Origin: Haplodiscus bocki
Lineage: Eukaryota
Assembly (NCBI GenBank): GCA_965655095.1
Contig: OZ296649.1
Coordinates: 87,792,001 to 87,856,000 of the forward strand
Direction of reading: 5' to 3'
Length of the DNA stretch: 64,000 bases
Part shown: in pieces, positions 49,440 to 62,099 of the stretch
Numbering within the stretch: the first letter of the stretch is position 1
Layout: the number at the start of each line of letters is the position of its first letter
The notes under the pieces: generated by a model
Told to the model about the DNA's origin: nothing
Database searches by the model: none
What the model saw: only the letters and a program-made list of their open reading frames with translations
Position numbers and translations under genes: made by a program

Positions 49440-52400
49440 TAGATCCTCGTAGTGTTTTTATTGAAAAGAGAATTTGTGAAAAGAAAAATGAAGCAGTCGG
49501 TGATTGCGGCGCAACTGATTCATGTCTTAGTCCTTCAACTTACGACGAATTGAAGCAAACTCACAAACTCGATCTAAAACCATGTCTGAGGAAACTCCGA
49601 GTTGCCAGCGGTTTACCCATTGAGGTAAAAGGTGTCGTCCGTTTACCTGTAGTCATTGGACCGAAATCATATGAGCATGATTTCTGTGATCTTGATAAAT
49701 CAGAAGCGGATTGTTTGCTAGGCTGACTTCCTTGAAACGAATAGAGGTGACCCTTTAAATTCTTGCACGAAATTACAATTAGATTACAACAGCTTTGTTC
49801 CTTTGTATCACAATCTGTTCGAATACGGCCATGATAACGTTTTTCGAGTCATTTCGACTGAGACACTCTGAGTTTCACCTGGTCACGAGGGACTCCCTCC
49901 TGCCCACATAACCAACTGGAAAAGACACCCATAAAAGTCTGCACACTATTCGAACCTAAAGACAAGTTTGGACCAAATAACGAAGTGTATGCACCAAATT
50001 TACTTTTTGATCTTACCGTAGAGGTCATTCCGATACACATTGACAACAAAACTGAAGAAGAGATCAAGACCTACAAAAACACAACACTCGGATTTTCCTA
50101 AATCGTAGCAGAAGCTGTGATAAATAACATTTCGAAATTGCCTAAATCACTACCAGCGCTCATCAAAAATAACATATACGATTTGAACATTTTGAAAAAG
50201 TCCGTTAAGTGTGATGCCACAACGCACCGAATCGAAGTAGAACCTGGATCAAAACCAGTCAAAATTCCCACTCGTAGGATGCCGTTGAATTAAAGAGTAT
50301 CTGCAGAAGAAAATTAATGTTTTTTCTGGAGAAAAAGTTAATAACACCATGTCATAGCCCATACAGTGCACCAACTATGTCAGTCCCCAAAACGAACGGA
50401 TAGCAGCGCCTAGTCGCTGACTATCGTCAGCTGAACGAAAAAACTATTAAATCGACATGGCCTATTCCTTTCATCCAGGAAACATTTGACACGTTGGAAG
50501 GTAGCACTTATTTTACTTCCATTGACATGTCCGTTGGATTTTATCAGGTTCCGATGGAGGAAGCTTCGCTGGATTAAAAAGCTTTCAGTACACCGTCTAG
50601 ATCTTTCAAGTGGCTATGCATGCCGATGGGACTAACTGGTAGCCCGCCAACTTTCCAATGTCTGATGGAAAAGTTCTTGTTGCTTGGACAATTTGTGTGC
50701 CTTATCTGGATGATATATCATATTTTCGTCGTCTCCCGAAGAACACCTCGAGCGATTGCGACTTGTGTTTGAACGATTTCGCGCACACAACTTGAAAATC
50801 AATCCAGACATATGTGACTTTTTCAGGATGAAAGTCCAATTCCTTGATCACATAGTAGGTAAAGACGGATTAGAGGTTGATCCCAGCAAAGTAGAAGCCG
50901 TTCAAAAACTTCCAGTACCGAAAAGTCGAACTGAAGTGAAGTCATTTTTAGGTCTTGCCTCGTATTACCGACGATTTCTCCCAGAGTTTGCAGAAATAGC
51001 CTCTTTTGCACAAAGCTAGTGAAACCGCCGAAGTTTGACTGGAGACCTGCGGCCCAGGACGCAGTTGAGTCTTTGAAACTGATATTAACCTCAACTCCAA
51101 TACTTGATTTTCCTTGTCTCAAAGAACTGTTCATCCTCTACACTGACGCGAGTCAACTTGCCATGGGTGCCGTACTTGCACAAGTGCATGATGGCAAGGA
51201 GCGAGCTATTTGCTATGCTTCCAAGTCACAAAGCACTCCCCTACACGCCGCGAGCTGTTAGCCCTAGTAACTTCCACACATCACTTCCGCCATTATCTGC
51301 TTGGTCGAAAGTTCACAACAGTATTTGATCATAGCGCACTTCAAGCGTTACACAGTTTCAAGGATCCCGACGGAATAATCTCAAAATAGCAACAACAATT
51401 AACAAGAAGTAATCGGCAAGGACTTTGACTCCAAAGACAGTACTGCTCATTGTGTGACAGCCGATTTCAAAATGTCTGCGGGAATAGCCCATTTTAAACG
51501 CCAATTTCCTTTGAAATACCTTTCAATCTTGACCATTCTGTCACTCCTTTATGGCCCCAGTGGTAAGCTGAAACACGGCGTTACCTGTATCATTTAGTCA
51601 AGAAACAAATATACTTCAATAAACCAACGTCTAGCACACATCGGGCTTCCTTGGAGAGAACGCGAGCACACGCTGGAAACAACAGTATCTCCAGAATTAG
51701 CATGCCTTGCATTGGAACGGGATTGGACAAAATAGACTGGGATAAAGTTGAACTACTCATTTAGGGAACATTTCGAACTTCCCCAGTGCAAGTCACGATA
51801 TATATTCTCCCCGTTCCGGAGAACGAAGAGAAAGATATTCCCGTTGACAATAAACCAACTAGTAAGTTTTCACAGGCACAAGAAACCGACGAGTCGTTGA
51901 AACATGTGCATCGTTGGGTTAAACAGAAAATCATTCCTACACATGAAATTCAAGGCCTGCCGCGCTTGGGATGGCAAATCTACAACCAATTGGATAGTTT
52001 GTACATCCAGGATGGCATTCTCTGTTGTGAATTTGACCCCAGGATGGTCGTTTAGCCTATCTCCAGCAAATTCTTCCTCCGTCGTTGGTCCCGGAAGTAA
52101 TCACTTCACAACATAACTCAACGACCGCCGGACAATCGGGTGCTTTTAAAACTATTGACACAAGACGACGCGTTTACTGGTCCAGATTCGAAGACGATGT
52201 AAAACACCATCTTCGCCAATGCAAGAAATGTCAAAAAGGTTCCTCCTCAGAAACATCGACACTCCCTACTTGATTGGAAAATCAGATATCCATTGCATTA
52301 TATTGGCCTAGATTTTTCAGTCCCTTTGCCTACTTCCAACGGGTGTCGTTACATCTCATTGATTGGTGACCACTTCACTAAATGGTATGAGGCTATTCCT

Positions 52401-53780
52401 CTCCCGGATCAAACTGCAGCTACCACCAGCAAAATTCTTCTGGAGCGTTGGATTTGTCGTGGTGATTGACCGTACTGCATCCATACGGACCGCGGTACAA
52501 ACTTTGAGGCCCAACTGCTCGTTCATCTGAAAAAGAAGGAGTACGACAAAAGCAAAACAACCGCTTTCCACTCCCAGTCTAATGTAGTCATTGAAAGAAT
52601 GAACAGAGCTCTCCTTAGCATGCTTGCTAAATGAGTAGATGAGGATCAAAAGAACTGGGCTGCTCAAACACCTTTCGTTTTGATGGCCTATCGCTCCTCA
52701 GTCCACGAGTCAACCGGTTATACTGCTCAATACTTAGTAATTAGCCATGAACTTTGTTTACCGCTTGATCTCAATTATTCGACTCCTCAATCCGCTGAAC
52801 CAGACAGATAACATGACTCGGTGTTGCAGAAACAGAACGCCTCCCGCAAAGCGTCTGAGCTCGTTAGACACAATGCTACTGCTCAGCAACGCCGTAGCGA
52901 CAGTTTGTACAACACATTCTAGTCAAGCACCCGTCAAGTACCAGTCGGAGAAACTTTAAAAACTTTCCAGTGCCTGGCGAGGCCCTTTCCGAATTTCAAA
53001 ATGTTCAAACGACGTGAACTATCAAATCAAAGAACTTACTACCGGCACAGTCCAAGTTGTACATCATGATCGCATTAAACGATATCATGATCTAAAACCA
53101 GTTGCGTCTAATGTTCAGAGACAACCAACTACCACCACTGCCGGATACCAGACACATCCAGTCCCCGAGTTCGATCACTCACAATATGGTCCAATTTTCT
53201 ACCTTAAATTTTTCAACACAAATGCCGTCTCCTGCTCAAGTTAACCTCCGAATTTCTCCTTCAATTCCTTCTACTCCTGTTAAGGAGGTCTTCCCTAATC
53301 GCACCTCTTCTTCCATCCCACATCCTTTCGCCTCATCAGCGCGCCGGTGTAGTCCTATTTTCCAACAGCCACATTTTCCAACAAGGCCTATTGACCACGA
53401 ACGCCGTACTCAGCCAACCACTTCAATAAAGCCCCAATCTAGTTCATCTCCTCGAAAGCTTCAGATCAGCCAATCTCCTCAGGGAAAAACTCTTGTTCCG
53501 ACTCCCTCATGACTTGAATCTCTCATCGATGGAGCTGCACACAATCTCCGTCAGCAACTCTATAGTTCACCACAGTCGAACAGTCCTGAAACATTCCACA
53601 CCTCTTTAGACAAGTCATTGGACATTCAAGCTTCTCCTTCCACTAAGATTTCGAAAATATCCCGATCTTCACATAGTACCACAAAGCAACAACGTAAAGC
53701 TCAACCATTGTTCAAAGCCAAGCCTCCTAGAGATTTATGGGAACGTTCATCGCAAAAGAAGAAGCAACACAACAGCAAAT
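49440..53780 (+). pseudogene. pol: Gypsy pol: protease, RT, RNase H, macro domain, integrase
   Basis: PR GDCGAT ~49500. RT SPYSAP, PMGL and PYLDDI ~50700. RH LYTDASQLAMGAVLAQ ~51136. IN IGLDFSVPLP..GDHFTKWYEAIPL..IHTDRGTNFE..IERMNR at 52300-52610. Low-complexity Ser/Pro tail follows. Confidence 0.9.
51415..51805 (+). other. OARD1/TARG1-like macro domain between RNase H and integrase
   Basis: AHCVTADFKMSAGIA..FKRQFP..YLYHLVKK..ISMPCIGTGLDKIDWDKV..VTIY matches the AHCIS.D..MGAGIA / MPRIGCGLD.L.W signature. Confidence 0.8.
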
Positions 53781-53871
53781 TGTAACATCACTAGCATACC
53801 CTGACCAATCCTGTTGCTTTAATCAAGGAATCCTCCCTCAGCTAGTCGTTTACGTTTCTATGCTTCGTTTA

Positions 53872-56230
53872 GGCTTATTTCGAACCGTGTGACAATGGTT
53901 TTACTACCCCAACCCCTCATCATTGGGACGATGTGAGCCGAAATCCTATTTTCTACCCATTTGAATGACGATTCGGACATACCAGTTTTCAAGAAAGGAG
54001 CCACCTTCGTTTTCAAAAATCAAGCAAAGACGTGAGAGAGTGAGAGCAAAGCACGCGTGTTTTCGCCCTTTCGAAAAGTACCAGAAATCAATTTAACAGA
54101 AGCGTATTCTTTAGTCGCCTAGAGAAGACACAGTGATACCTTAGCAGAAATGAACACAGTGAAACGATGTCAAACCGCTGCATCGGAAAAAGCCTATGAG
54201 TTACTTTTTAATCGCATGGATGAACAATTGACAATATTAGACAAAGGAATTGGCGAAGCCTAAGCAGATCGAGATCGCGTAGTTAAAATTTCCACTTCGT
54301 TTTTGCCCCAGCAATGGATGCTTGCTGTTATTACAGGTAGCCGAAGCCCAAGAGCAATCGGATTAATTGCAGCTGCCGCAGGCGCTGCCGGACTGACCTT
54401 GGGAAACCCAGTCAAAGATGCTGCATGTTCAGCTCTATCTACATTCAGTTTATGTTCAGACAATACGGAACTCAAAACCGATGTCGACAATTTACTTCAG
54501 CAACAAACTGTTTTTCAGAAAACTTTAGAACGAGTCCAAAATAGAAACGACGAAAAATTATTCCAACTGGGAAACGAAATACAGGAAACACAAGAAAGTG
54601 TAGCAATGATTACTGAGGTTGTAAACGACAACCAGCAGAAGCTCGATGTTGAATTACGCGCAATCAAAGGAGTTATCTCCCATCCAGTTGATTGTAATGC
54701 GCATTTGGCGCAGACAATGAATTTTTATCAGCAGTTGCCAGAGTGTATTAGTTATCTCAATCCGTTGTACACACATGTCAAATCGTATCGTGCCGCATTC
54801 TACGCTTACAAAATCGCGCTCCTCGCTACACTATCGTCACTAGCAGCTGGTTATGTAACGCCACAATTCCTCCTTCTTGGTCAACTAGCATCCATTGTAA
54901 AAGAGCTTGCCAACGATGAAATTCTACCAGGCACAAAGCTTTTTCCCGCTATCCGCGTTGGCCACGAAGCTATTTACTACGAAATTCAACTAGTTTTAGA
55001 GGTTACTCTTATATCCAGTGGCCTTCCGGTCGTCCTTGGGATTCCAATGAAATCCAAATCCTCCACTTTTGACATTTGTTTTGCCACTCCTCTTTACCAA
55101 CCTAACGCCGACAGCGACACTGCTTCCTTTTATCAATATACCAACCCCATCTTGGCTATTTCTACTGATAACACACCAGTCTCGGAACTGGGTACATCCA
55201 CTTTGCAACAATGTTCCGGTAAAAACCGCATCAAACTTTGTAGCAAAAGTTCTTCTAATACCGCAGACTAAACTTTACTCTGACTTGTTCCTCTTTCTCA
55301 TAAGTATGATGTTCCGCCCGTTGCAGAGTTGAATCTTTTTTGCTACCTGATGCCCCACAAGCTTTTTATCTAGCTGACAGCATGTATCACGTCGTTTCAC
55401 GCCACTATGCTCTCCGCATGAAAAACGATAGTCGTCTAGCAGGATTTACTATTAGTACACTCACCTGTCAAGCTTGCAACGTCCGACCCAGTTGTAGCAG
55501 TACCCTTTCTTTTGATCAAGGTGGCCTCCTAACACCTGACATGGACTTATAAGAAACACACCCGTTGCCCCTCGTCGTTTTAATTCAATTGACCCCGTCC
55601 CTTGACCAAGCCTTCAGGCATGTTCCGCCTGCTTCAAGTCTTTTTCACGTCTACTCGGAAGCGGAAGCTCGACAGTCCGTTTTAAACAGTGTTCGCATGG
55701 AGTTAGCTGAACTTCCGGACGTCAAGCGCATGTCACGCGACGCATTGGACCAACTCACCAATCCTAGAGCTGATTATTACTCTTCGATTTCGCCAGACAC
55801 TTCTGCCGCTTTGTCCTGTTATTTAACCACTCACACAGCGATTTGTTTCTCTTCGATTACTGTGTCGCTTTTAACTTCTGTGTCAGTTTTACCCCATTTC
55901 GCCGGCAAGGGCGTCGTTTAGTCTCACATCCACAACATTTCGTTCGCGGAACTACTGGTCGCTTCCTTCACATTGTTGAACAATCCCGATCCATATCGCA
56001 TTCTACTAATTCTTCTTTTCTGTAACCTTTCTGAAGCCGAGTTCAGTGCTCTGCAGCAACTGGCTCAAGAAACAATTCGCTCACCTGTTTCTCCTAAAAC
56101 TATTTCATTGACTTACCCTCAGACTTACACAACTACTAACCGTTCTTCTTCCCTCAATAACCACCCTCGCGATTCTGAACGTGTTTACCCTCACATTACA
56201 GCTCCAATTTATCAGGTAACTTCCACCTAA
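53872..56230 (+). pseudogene. env: env-like class I fusion glycoprotein (paramyxo/pneumovirus F-like layout), interrupted
   Basis: ORF 54303-55271 has furin-type RSPR followed by the fusion peptide AIGLIAAAAGAAGLTLG, then a heptad region and a Cys-rich segment. C-terminal hydrophobic TM-like stretch at ~55840-55890. Possible splice acceptor TTTAG at ~53868-53872. Confidence 0.7.
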
Positions 56231-56604
56231 CCTTTATTTCGTTCTCCACACTAACGGCACTGTATTCGGTAGTATTTTTTTAGCCACACAACACTCATCT
56301 TGTATGATGCCCTTAAACACGTTTCCGCGTTTACTCCTTGTCGCTCTCATACTACTGGACCTTCCAGACATCGGCATGTTTCCGTGCCTCCAGTGCTGTT
56401 TTCCTCAACCTAATTTTCCCACTTCACGCACGTGTCCGTGCTCCTCTGACAATTTTCATCACGCCAGTACGCTTACGTACAGTTAATGTTCTCACATACG
56501 TATCCGTACGTTATGCAGGTGAATACGTTCCGTCAGTCAAATTAACCCCCCCCCCCCCCCCCAAACTAACCTAGAACATTATGACCTATTTTTTTCTCTT
56601 TTAG

Positions 56605-57800
56605 ATCTTCGTTTCGATTTCTCGGGACAATACTCTGGCCGTCCCTTCCTCTGGTCGCGTTGCCCATTACTGTTTGCCACACGGTCCCTCTGGTCGAACA
56701 CGTTGGGTACCGGGCGCAGAAACTCTTTCCAGCGGATGGTACCGTCGTCATCCAAAACATTAACACCCGGGATCGCCCCTTCAAACGGTTTATCAGCCAG
56801 ATTTGAGACCCTTCTCCCGCAAGGGTCGATGCAGCTGCTGCCGCTGCGTTACTCTCTCTCTCCCTCTCTCTCTGTGATTGTCCTGACCCTGAACCCCCTC
56901 GTCTTTGGCCTGACACGTCGGACTTTGCAACCCAAGTCGAGATGAAGACATCTACCGCTCACGACACGAGGTGTTCGCTGATGACGGACAACTCCTCCGT
57001 TGAACATCTGCAGCATGCCTTTGACGAAGCGAAATTTGAGGCTCGGACTTATTCTTACCTCAACTCGCAACTCTTGGATGACGTGGCGCAGTCTCAGCGG
57101 CAAGCTAGTGCTGAGATTGCGCAGCTCAGTTCAGAACATGAGGCTCTCCTCACCGACAAAGAACAATGAAAAGCCTCGATGGCCGGTTCGAACGCCACTC
57201 ACAACCAGCTAATGGCGCATTCGTTGGCCCAGCCCGAGCAGATTGCTGCACTCCGTAGCACCCTTCCGGAGCCGATTCTCCGTCTTCATTGCCAACTTCT
57301 CTTTTGACTTTGCCTATTGACTTCGACGAGAAATGACACCTGATGACACCCTATATCACTTCTTATGTAGCTCACCAGATTCCGATGCGGCCACACTCTC
57401 CTCCAATGCTAACCTTTTGTTGTGAAGTTTACACCCCGACAAATCCAGCACGCCCGATGACCTTCTTGTTCAGGCTGCTCGACTCCTTGTTCCTTTGATA
57501 ATTATAATCAAACGCAACCTAACCCCGCCCCTCATCCGTAAGGTCTATGAACATTTTGTTTTCGTTGGGCTACGCCACTTACTATAGTGCTCCCTCCGCT
57601 ACCTCAGGTGCCTTCCTTGTGCCCCTGATGGTGTACCTACGCGGCAAGGTTGATTAGAATACCCCCAATTGCAGCTCTTATTCAGTTACGACGATTGATG
57701 AGCACACACCTTGGCCTCTCTTTTCGCCTGTTTCCTCCCCTCTGTTCCTGTTCCCGCTGTTGGGCCGCTGGACAGGCTTCCTTCCCTCACTCTTTATTTG
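56605..57800 (+). pseudogene. Possible accessory ORF downstream of env with a coiled-coil-like segment, decayed
   Basis: Polypyrimidine acceptor at ~56590-56604. Frame 56942-57169 reads LQHAFDEAKFEA..AEIAQLSSEHEALL and continues past a TGA. Confidence 0.3.
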
Positions 57801-58714
57801 GATTGAGCTGTGGCCGCTACTGGGTAGCTTGCCATGTGACATGTGGTTCTCTCCTTTACAGCAAGTTTGTTTTCAGCCTTTTCGTTGTGGATGTCTTCGT
57901 CTCAACGATGCACATATTTGGAGCCAGTTTGTTTGTCGCCGCTGTTCAGTCCCTCTCTGGCGGTGTTTTTCGCCGTCACCGTCATTCAACAGCATCTCAA
58001 TCACCTCTGCTGAATTCTTTCACAAAACCCTTCAGTTTCAATTCATCACCTACGTTTACAACAAACAGCCAACCCGCCTCCCCTTTTGTAAGTTATCGTT
58101 TGGCACGATGTTATTATTCATTCTTCAAACCCTCACTCTTCCATTTTTCACAACCCCTTATCCCCGCAATCCTTCGTACAAGCACTCTGTGCCCTCCCCA
58201 GTGATTTCCTTGCAATTGTTTAATGCCAGTGGACTGGTTCCCTGATGTTTTTAAATTCCTCCAGCAGTCCTTTCTCGTCCTACAGCCGTCATCTCCTGTC
58301 CCACGGCAAGCAGCATAAGCCCCCCATCGTCCACAAGTACAGTTTATTCCATCTGGACGTTAACATCCAGCTTCAAGTGTTTTTCTTACTTTCCAGCCAC
58401 ATTCGTAATTTGCACTCTCTGACGAAGAAGAACCGTCCTAAGAACGAATGTCGCCGTACCCTATTACGGCGATGACAGCAGCAACAAAAGCCAGCGTCAC
58501 ACCAGTACATGCGATAACAAAACAGCCATCACACTTCCGTGATAGCCCTTGTTAATCTTCCACATTTTCTCCGTGCAGAGCTTCTTCGTCCGCCGGGCCG
58601 CTCTTCATTAGACTCCTTCAGTGGTGGTTTGGGAAGCGTTGCTTGATGGTGTCGGGGTCTTTACACCTCTCTTGTCTTTTTAATTGGGCGGACGCAACTT
58701 TTCAAGGAGGGCGT

Positions 58715-59337
58715 TATAACAGACAGAAGCGGACAAGATTATTAAACAAATAACAAACGAGAGTAGACACGAACATTAAACAAACACCAGACGAAAGAAG
58801 ACACGATTATTAAACAAGCAACCAGTAGCAGACGAGATTATTCAACCAGCAGCCATTAACCGACAGGACTAGACAGAATTATTGAAGACCAGATGGTCTC
58901 AGCCCCAAAGTTAATAAATAAAAACAAGAATGTAAATCCCTTTAAGGAGAATGAAAACTTGTCAAGTGAGTCAAGTACCCTCAACAGAAGGAACGTAAAA
59001 CAATAACTGTTTATGGTCAAGATATCAGTCCTAACAACATAGAGTAAACGTACTTCACCTAAAACTTACATTAAACTGCCCCCATATACACGCTAAGATT
59101 TTTTTGCCTTGCATTTTACTTTTATATTCACTAGCTGCTTTCTCGCTTACATTTAAACGTTTGACTCCCCTGTTTAATTCCTTGACCCTTGTCCGAATTA
59201 TTCAAGTATTACTCAACAGTCGTCGAAAGAGAGCCTGAAGAATTCAACACAACATAACGACAGCAACCGCGTTCTCAAACAGTAACCCTCCGATAGTTTC
59301 AACTTCTGAAATTCTTTTCTACCAGTGCAATAGTACA
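58715..59337 (+). repeat. Probable 3' LTR
   Basis: Purine tract AAGGAGGG at 58704-58711 is followed by TATAAC (degenerate TGTAAC). Internal GATTATTAAACAA-like repeats and an AATAAA at ~58913. The end at ..AGTACA 59337 is tentative because there is no 5' LTR to compare. Confidence 0.55.
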
Positions 59338-62099
59338 TTATTGTAAGTCTACAAATCCATTTAAACCAACTTTATTATTTCATTTCTTGAATAATTTCAA
59401 GTTTTTACAGAAACAATGCCGAGAAAAGAAAAACAACAAACCTACCAAAACAACCGTCCACGCATCCGAGCGATAAAATTAAAAAAACTCTTGTCATGAG
59501 CTTAACTTCACAATCACGGTTGTTAAAGTACTTTAATCTTCGAAACAATGGTCCCTCTGGAAAATCCAGCAGACAATGACTAACCACTTTTACAAAAAAA
59601 AACAATTTTTTACCATTCAAAATTCATAATCTACTTCACTGCATTCAAACAGTTCTACAAAAACTAGTTCACTTTCCACGTGCATAAAAATCAAAGGCAG
59701 ATTACGATAAAAAACTTTAAATTACATCATTCACGTGATTTCGCCCTTATAATTGTTTCTTTTTACCGGTAACTTTTGCGCTTCGACCTCCCACAAATCC
59801 AAAAATCAGAGTCAACCCAGAAGTCAAGGGGGACACTTCTTTGAACGCACAACTGCCTTGAACATTCGGCAAAATTGACCCTATTGCTCAATTAGTAATT
59901 CATTTTCTGTTCAAACTGTAAGGTTTTTTCTTAGTCAATTTCTGTTATCATTCGTCTCTTAAATTAAAAGTATTTCAACAAAATCAATTTTTCAAACTAG
60001 ACCAATCCAAAAAAAGGTAAACATATTACAAAAAACTTTCAAAGCAACCTGCCGCGCGTCCGAGATGTTGCAGCTACCACAGGGACAGAACATTCTCCAG
60101 GTGCAAAGGTTGTTGTTAAATTTCAGGTGTAGGAAATCCAAGTATGAAGTTCTCATCGCTTTGCTCATGGTTGACGGATTTTTTTTGGGAGTGGCAAAAC
60201 AGTTCAGGTGAGTTTGGGTTCCCATGAAAACACCGGAAAAATCTATGACTTAGATACGTAACCTAAAATCATGCCGGCTTAAGGGGCTACATTAATACTT
60301 TTCAGGTCTTGATTGTCTTGTATTTTTCGACGACAGAAGAGTGACTTTGTGTGAGCGGGCAAAAGCTTCAGACGATTGGGTCACAATCCTTTCTATTAGT
60401 TAAAACCACGTTTCAATTATTGAATTATTAGTCTTCTCAGCTGGTTTTTTTATCCTCAGGATTATTTTCCATTAACTAAACATGATGGAAAAAATTACTT
60501 AAATTGTTCATTAAATTACTTGAATCTCAAGGAATTCTAAGCTCTGAATTCAAGTTCAACTGTCCTCAAGTAAGGCATTTTGTTTCAGTACATGACACTT
60601 TCTCCCTGCAAACACTTCTGGCCTGTGAAAAAAGACCATGAAACCGTTGGAGGAAACTAGTGTAGTTGTTGAATTGAAATGACTGAAAGGCCCACGTTCA
60701 GTTGAAAAGACAGCATGAACCCCAAGAATTTCCAAAAAAGGAGCAAGAGTCCCAAGACAAAGGTAGTAAGTTGAATAAAGTAGAGATAGCCAGCACAAGT
60801 ATCCCATTGCCAATATCTGTCACGTCATCTTGTTGTGACGCCGTTGTTTGTGCCAGTCCCAAGTTGTCGAATGCGTCTTGTGTATTTTAGCCAGAATATC
60901 ACTGTACTCATATTGCATTTTATTTTCAACAGAGAAAAATTAAAAATCAGTTCCACTAAAACGTGATCAAACAAAGGAGGCCTGAATTCCATCCAGCGCT
61001 TGAGGATGCGTATACATTTTGAAAGATTTGAATTGATCTGACAAATTGATGATCGGAAAATTGTCGTTTGACACTTTCGATAGTGTCAGTACCTGCTGGA
61101 GTAAATCCAACGGCAGAATTTGCTACGACTGATTGAGCCATATATGTGGCAGATTTCTTTGGGACAGGAAAACCAATATGTTGAGTAAACCGAGAGCGGT
61201 GTCTCAGTTTTTTTCAAGAGCTGGTAAGGCTGCGAGGTCTTCATCGTGAAGATGAACATTTGGTTTAACAACTATTTTTCGATTATCAGCTTTAACCTCA
61301 ATTGGAAACAGTCGTTCTCCAAGATGGAACTTATGATGAACAAACATGAATAGTAGGTGTAATACAGTGCAAACCACAAAAACAATGAATGAAAGTTTAA
61401 AAAGGACAATGGTGTGACCCAGACAAAAGTGTTTCCTCCCAAACATGGTTTTATGAAAGCCACCCCAAAAGTGTTCTTGTACAGCCAGCTCTGTGCCCGC
61501 ACAGCGTGATTACTCTGACACATTACGCAGTAGTAGCGAATTGGGAGGCCTCAAAAAAGGGTGATTTATCTTGACAGAGAGTTGAAATTCTAATGCATTT
61601 GGTTTGCGTAAAGGACACCGGGAGGTAGTTGAGTCACAGTCGAGAGTAGATATCCGAGAGGAAATGACTAATATCGCTGCTGAATACGGATCTTACGACA
61701 TGACAGACTATTTTCATCCGTCGCAAGTTGACAATAGGTAGGCCGATGTCAAGAAAAAGGAAAATTCATCTACGGGACGGTCAATTGTATCGAAGCGGAA
61801 TAAACGCAGACTCAATTTACCAACTAGGGGGAAGGGAATAGAAAAAAAAATTGAGCAGGAAGTAAGTAAAAATTCCATAGAGTAACTTTTCCCATTTACG
61901 GCGCGTTTCTCAGTTTTTGTTCCTTTTCTTTAGCTAATCTGCATAAATGGGTAACCCCACTCATTTTATAGTGGACGGTTGAAAGGAAGGTAGATCTATT
62001 CTTGGGCTGCTACCTGCATGAAGAAACTTCCAAGTCTCATTACTTCCAGTTTGAATTAGAATGAAAAGGTTTGTTGACAAGGAAATATTATATCACTAA

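Larger units (their letters stand above)
47945..59337 (+). mobile_element. Decayed Ty3/Gypsy LTR retrotransposon with env-like gene, 5'-truncated (no 5' LTR in window)
   Basis: Domain order gag-PR-RT-RH-(macro)-IN-env-PPT-LTR, with many stops and frameshifts. Confidence 0.9.

Noticed and set aside
56546-56562. Poly-C run as a functional element
   Set aside because: A simple homopolymer inside a decayed retrotransposon; its length is unreliable.
60500-61530. Minus-strand short ORFs as a gene
   Set aside because: Fragmented, with no recognisable domain and no exon chain I can support. May be a decayed gene or TE remnant.
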